64,000 bases of DNA from Eukaryota sp. GEM-RC1. Taxonomy: Eukaryota. Each line of letters begins with the position of its first letter. Positions within the stretch are counted from its first letter, which is position 1. A program made the position numbers and the translations under genes. The stretch lies in contig JAUFOQ010000016.1 in NCBI GenBank assembly GCA_040285855.1, forward strand, positions 496,001 through 560,000. The letters are read 5' to 3'. Below, piece after piece: positions 62,311 through 64,000 of this stretch. The notes under the pieces are model-generated. The model had not been told where the DNA came from, searched no databases, and worked only from the letters and a program-made list of their open reading frames with translations.

Positions 62311-63036
62311 TATTGTAATTTGTTCTTGCGCATTTTCACAAGTCGTTGAATTCACATTACACTAACAAAGCTGGACCAAGTTTTGATATTTAGCGTTTCC
62401 TTTTCTGTTTTGGCATTTAGACTCGAGAATACATCAGTATATCCGTTTTTGGGGAGTAGTTGAAACATGTGCCTGATTTGTGGCAATTTTCGCTGAGATT
62501 AAACAATCTTATCCAGGTATTGGAAAAAATTGTTTTGTTCCATAAACAATTTTTGCCGATACGATAAATATTTTCTTGTATGTCTGACAGCAATAAATGT
62601 TTTTATATGCAGAACAACAAACTAAATATTTAAATTATTGTGCAACATATGTACGTGTACTAAGCGATGCATAATAAAACGGTTTACCTCCCCACTCGTC
62701 ATTATCCTGTTCAACTTTCACATTGTTTCTTAGTTAATTGACAATTCCTTCATTACAGTACTGTTGGATCTAAATACTTTGTTGATTACTTCTTGTTAAG
62801 ATATTCGTATTACCATCATCGAAGAACCACTCTTGTGTCATTAAATAGTCTCTCTACTGTACTTGCTGTTAAAGTCAGTTCAGAACGTGAAGACTCCTAC
62901 TCTTGTAAAAATTGAATGTTGTTGATGCCGGTTCTCGTACGGCATGATTATAGAAGTTTAGTCTAAAACTGTACTTCATCCATGTTAACACTTACTGAAT
63001 TAACAAAGTGACTATTAAGCATGGAACGCAAATGTT

Positions 63037-63106
63037 CCGTACCGCGGCGATTTTAGGCGTACCGTACCGTACGTACGTACGTCCGGTACAAGTACCGGTA
63101 CTGTAC
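63037..63106. repeat. Cluster of GTAC palindromic units
   Basis: Ten GTAC tetramers within ~70 bp in otherwise AT-rich DNA. Confidence 0.7.
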
Positions 63107-64000
63107 TTCCGACCAAGAGTTCAACATGAGTTACCGAAGAGGTTAGCTCACTCATCTATAAAGGATCTGTTAGTAAATTGAACTTTAAGTGAATGTTAGT
63201 TTGTATCAAGATAAGAAGCCAGTTAGTGGTACGTGTATTTAGTTGATACTACTAGTATATCTCAGAAAATCGGAATGCAATATTTTGCAATAATTGCAGA
63301 AAATATAATTTTTATGTCAAACCAATAATTATTGCTAAAGTTTGTAAGGGCGTAAAATATATATACATTTAATAACAATATTTTCTTCCAATACCTGATC
63401 TTTCCCTTGTCATTCTGAAAACAGCATTCACCTAAAATACGTGTCCTTCACCTAATTATTCTTCGACCAAAACAAACAAATTAGACCCAGTATTATTTGA
63501 TATCTGTGTTGGTCACATATTCTAGTCTCATAGGAAAATACTTTTCACTAGGACTGATTTATGTTCTACTTCGTTTTCATCCTTTTGGAGGCTTAATTTC
63601 GTTAAGATGAACATTTGACATTGTGAGACTAATTGTTGTAACAGTGTACAATGTACAAGCTGGAAATGTGGTGTGCCACATAGAAGAGGCAGAATCACTT
63701 CTTAAAGTGGACAGTACAATTGATCTACTATTTTTACCAGTTTCTAGTTACAACATTGAAAACTAATTCAGTAAAGCAATGAACACTCTCTCTGATCGTC
63801 GAAATTCGCAATGTCTCGATGCATCAATGTTACCTCTTGAATTTACTCCGTGATTTCCCCCTGTGCCGTTCAAGAACCGTGACCATTCTCTTTTGCAAAC
63901 AAACGTACCAAAATCTTAGTTTCATCCCAACGTTAAGATTAGGTAATATATAGAATATGCCCAAATTGTCCAAATTTGAGTTAATTGTCAGCCAGCTTGG

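Noticed and set aside
1..64000. Alternative genetic code (stop reassignment)
   Set aside because: TAA, TAG and TGA all terminate conserved genes at the expected positions; most ORF breaks are introns or indels, not in-frame stops.

Overview
Eukaryotic nuclear DNA from an AT-rich, gene-dense protist, not a prokaryote. The tiny introns, with the branch point a fixed distance from the 3' splice site, and the very short intergenic spacers resemble metamonad flagellates; this taxonomy is inference only. About 25 protein genes are recognisable: PP2A B56, tryparedoxin-like, URB1-like, ADA3-like, PRP38, UTP25, LSM6, MAP65-domain, GPI ethanolamine-phosphate-transferase-like, CatSper3-like channel, SWSAP1, TRAPPC11, RAD17, WDR37, D-aminoacylase, a Kelch/F-box/WD40 protein and others. 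There is also one tRNA-Ala(AGC), one complete hAT-type MITE with an 8-bp TSD, two TA-flanked Tc1/pogo-type elements, two RLE-type non-LTR retrotransposon fragments and a duplicated RING segment. Many genes are split in the ORF track, either by 28-34 nt introns or by about 25 single-base indels, nearly all in homopolymers and most likely long-read consensus errors. The most notable observations are: (1) a D-aminoacylase gene whose 668-bp 5' segment is inverted between micro inverted repeats and contains a GT-AT intron; (2) an apparent CatSper3 orthologue; (3) a rigid mini-intron architecture; (4) a Kelch-coiled-coil-F-box-WD40 fusion; (5) an in-frame TGA in RAD17.
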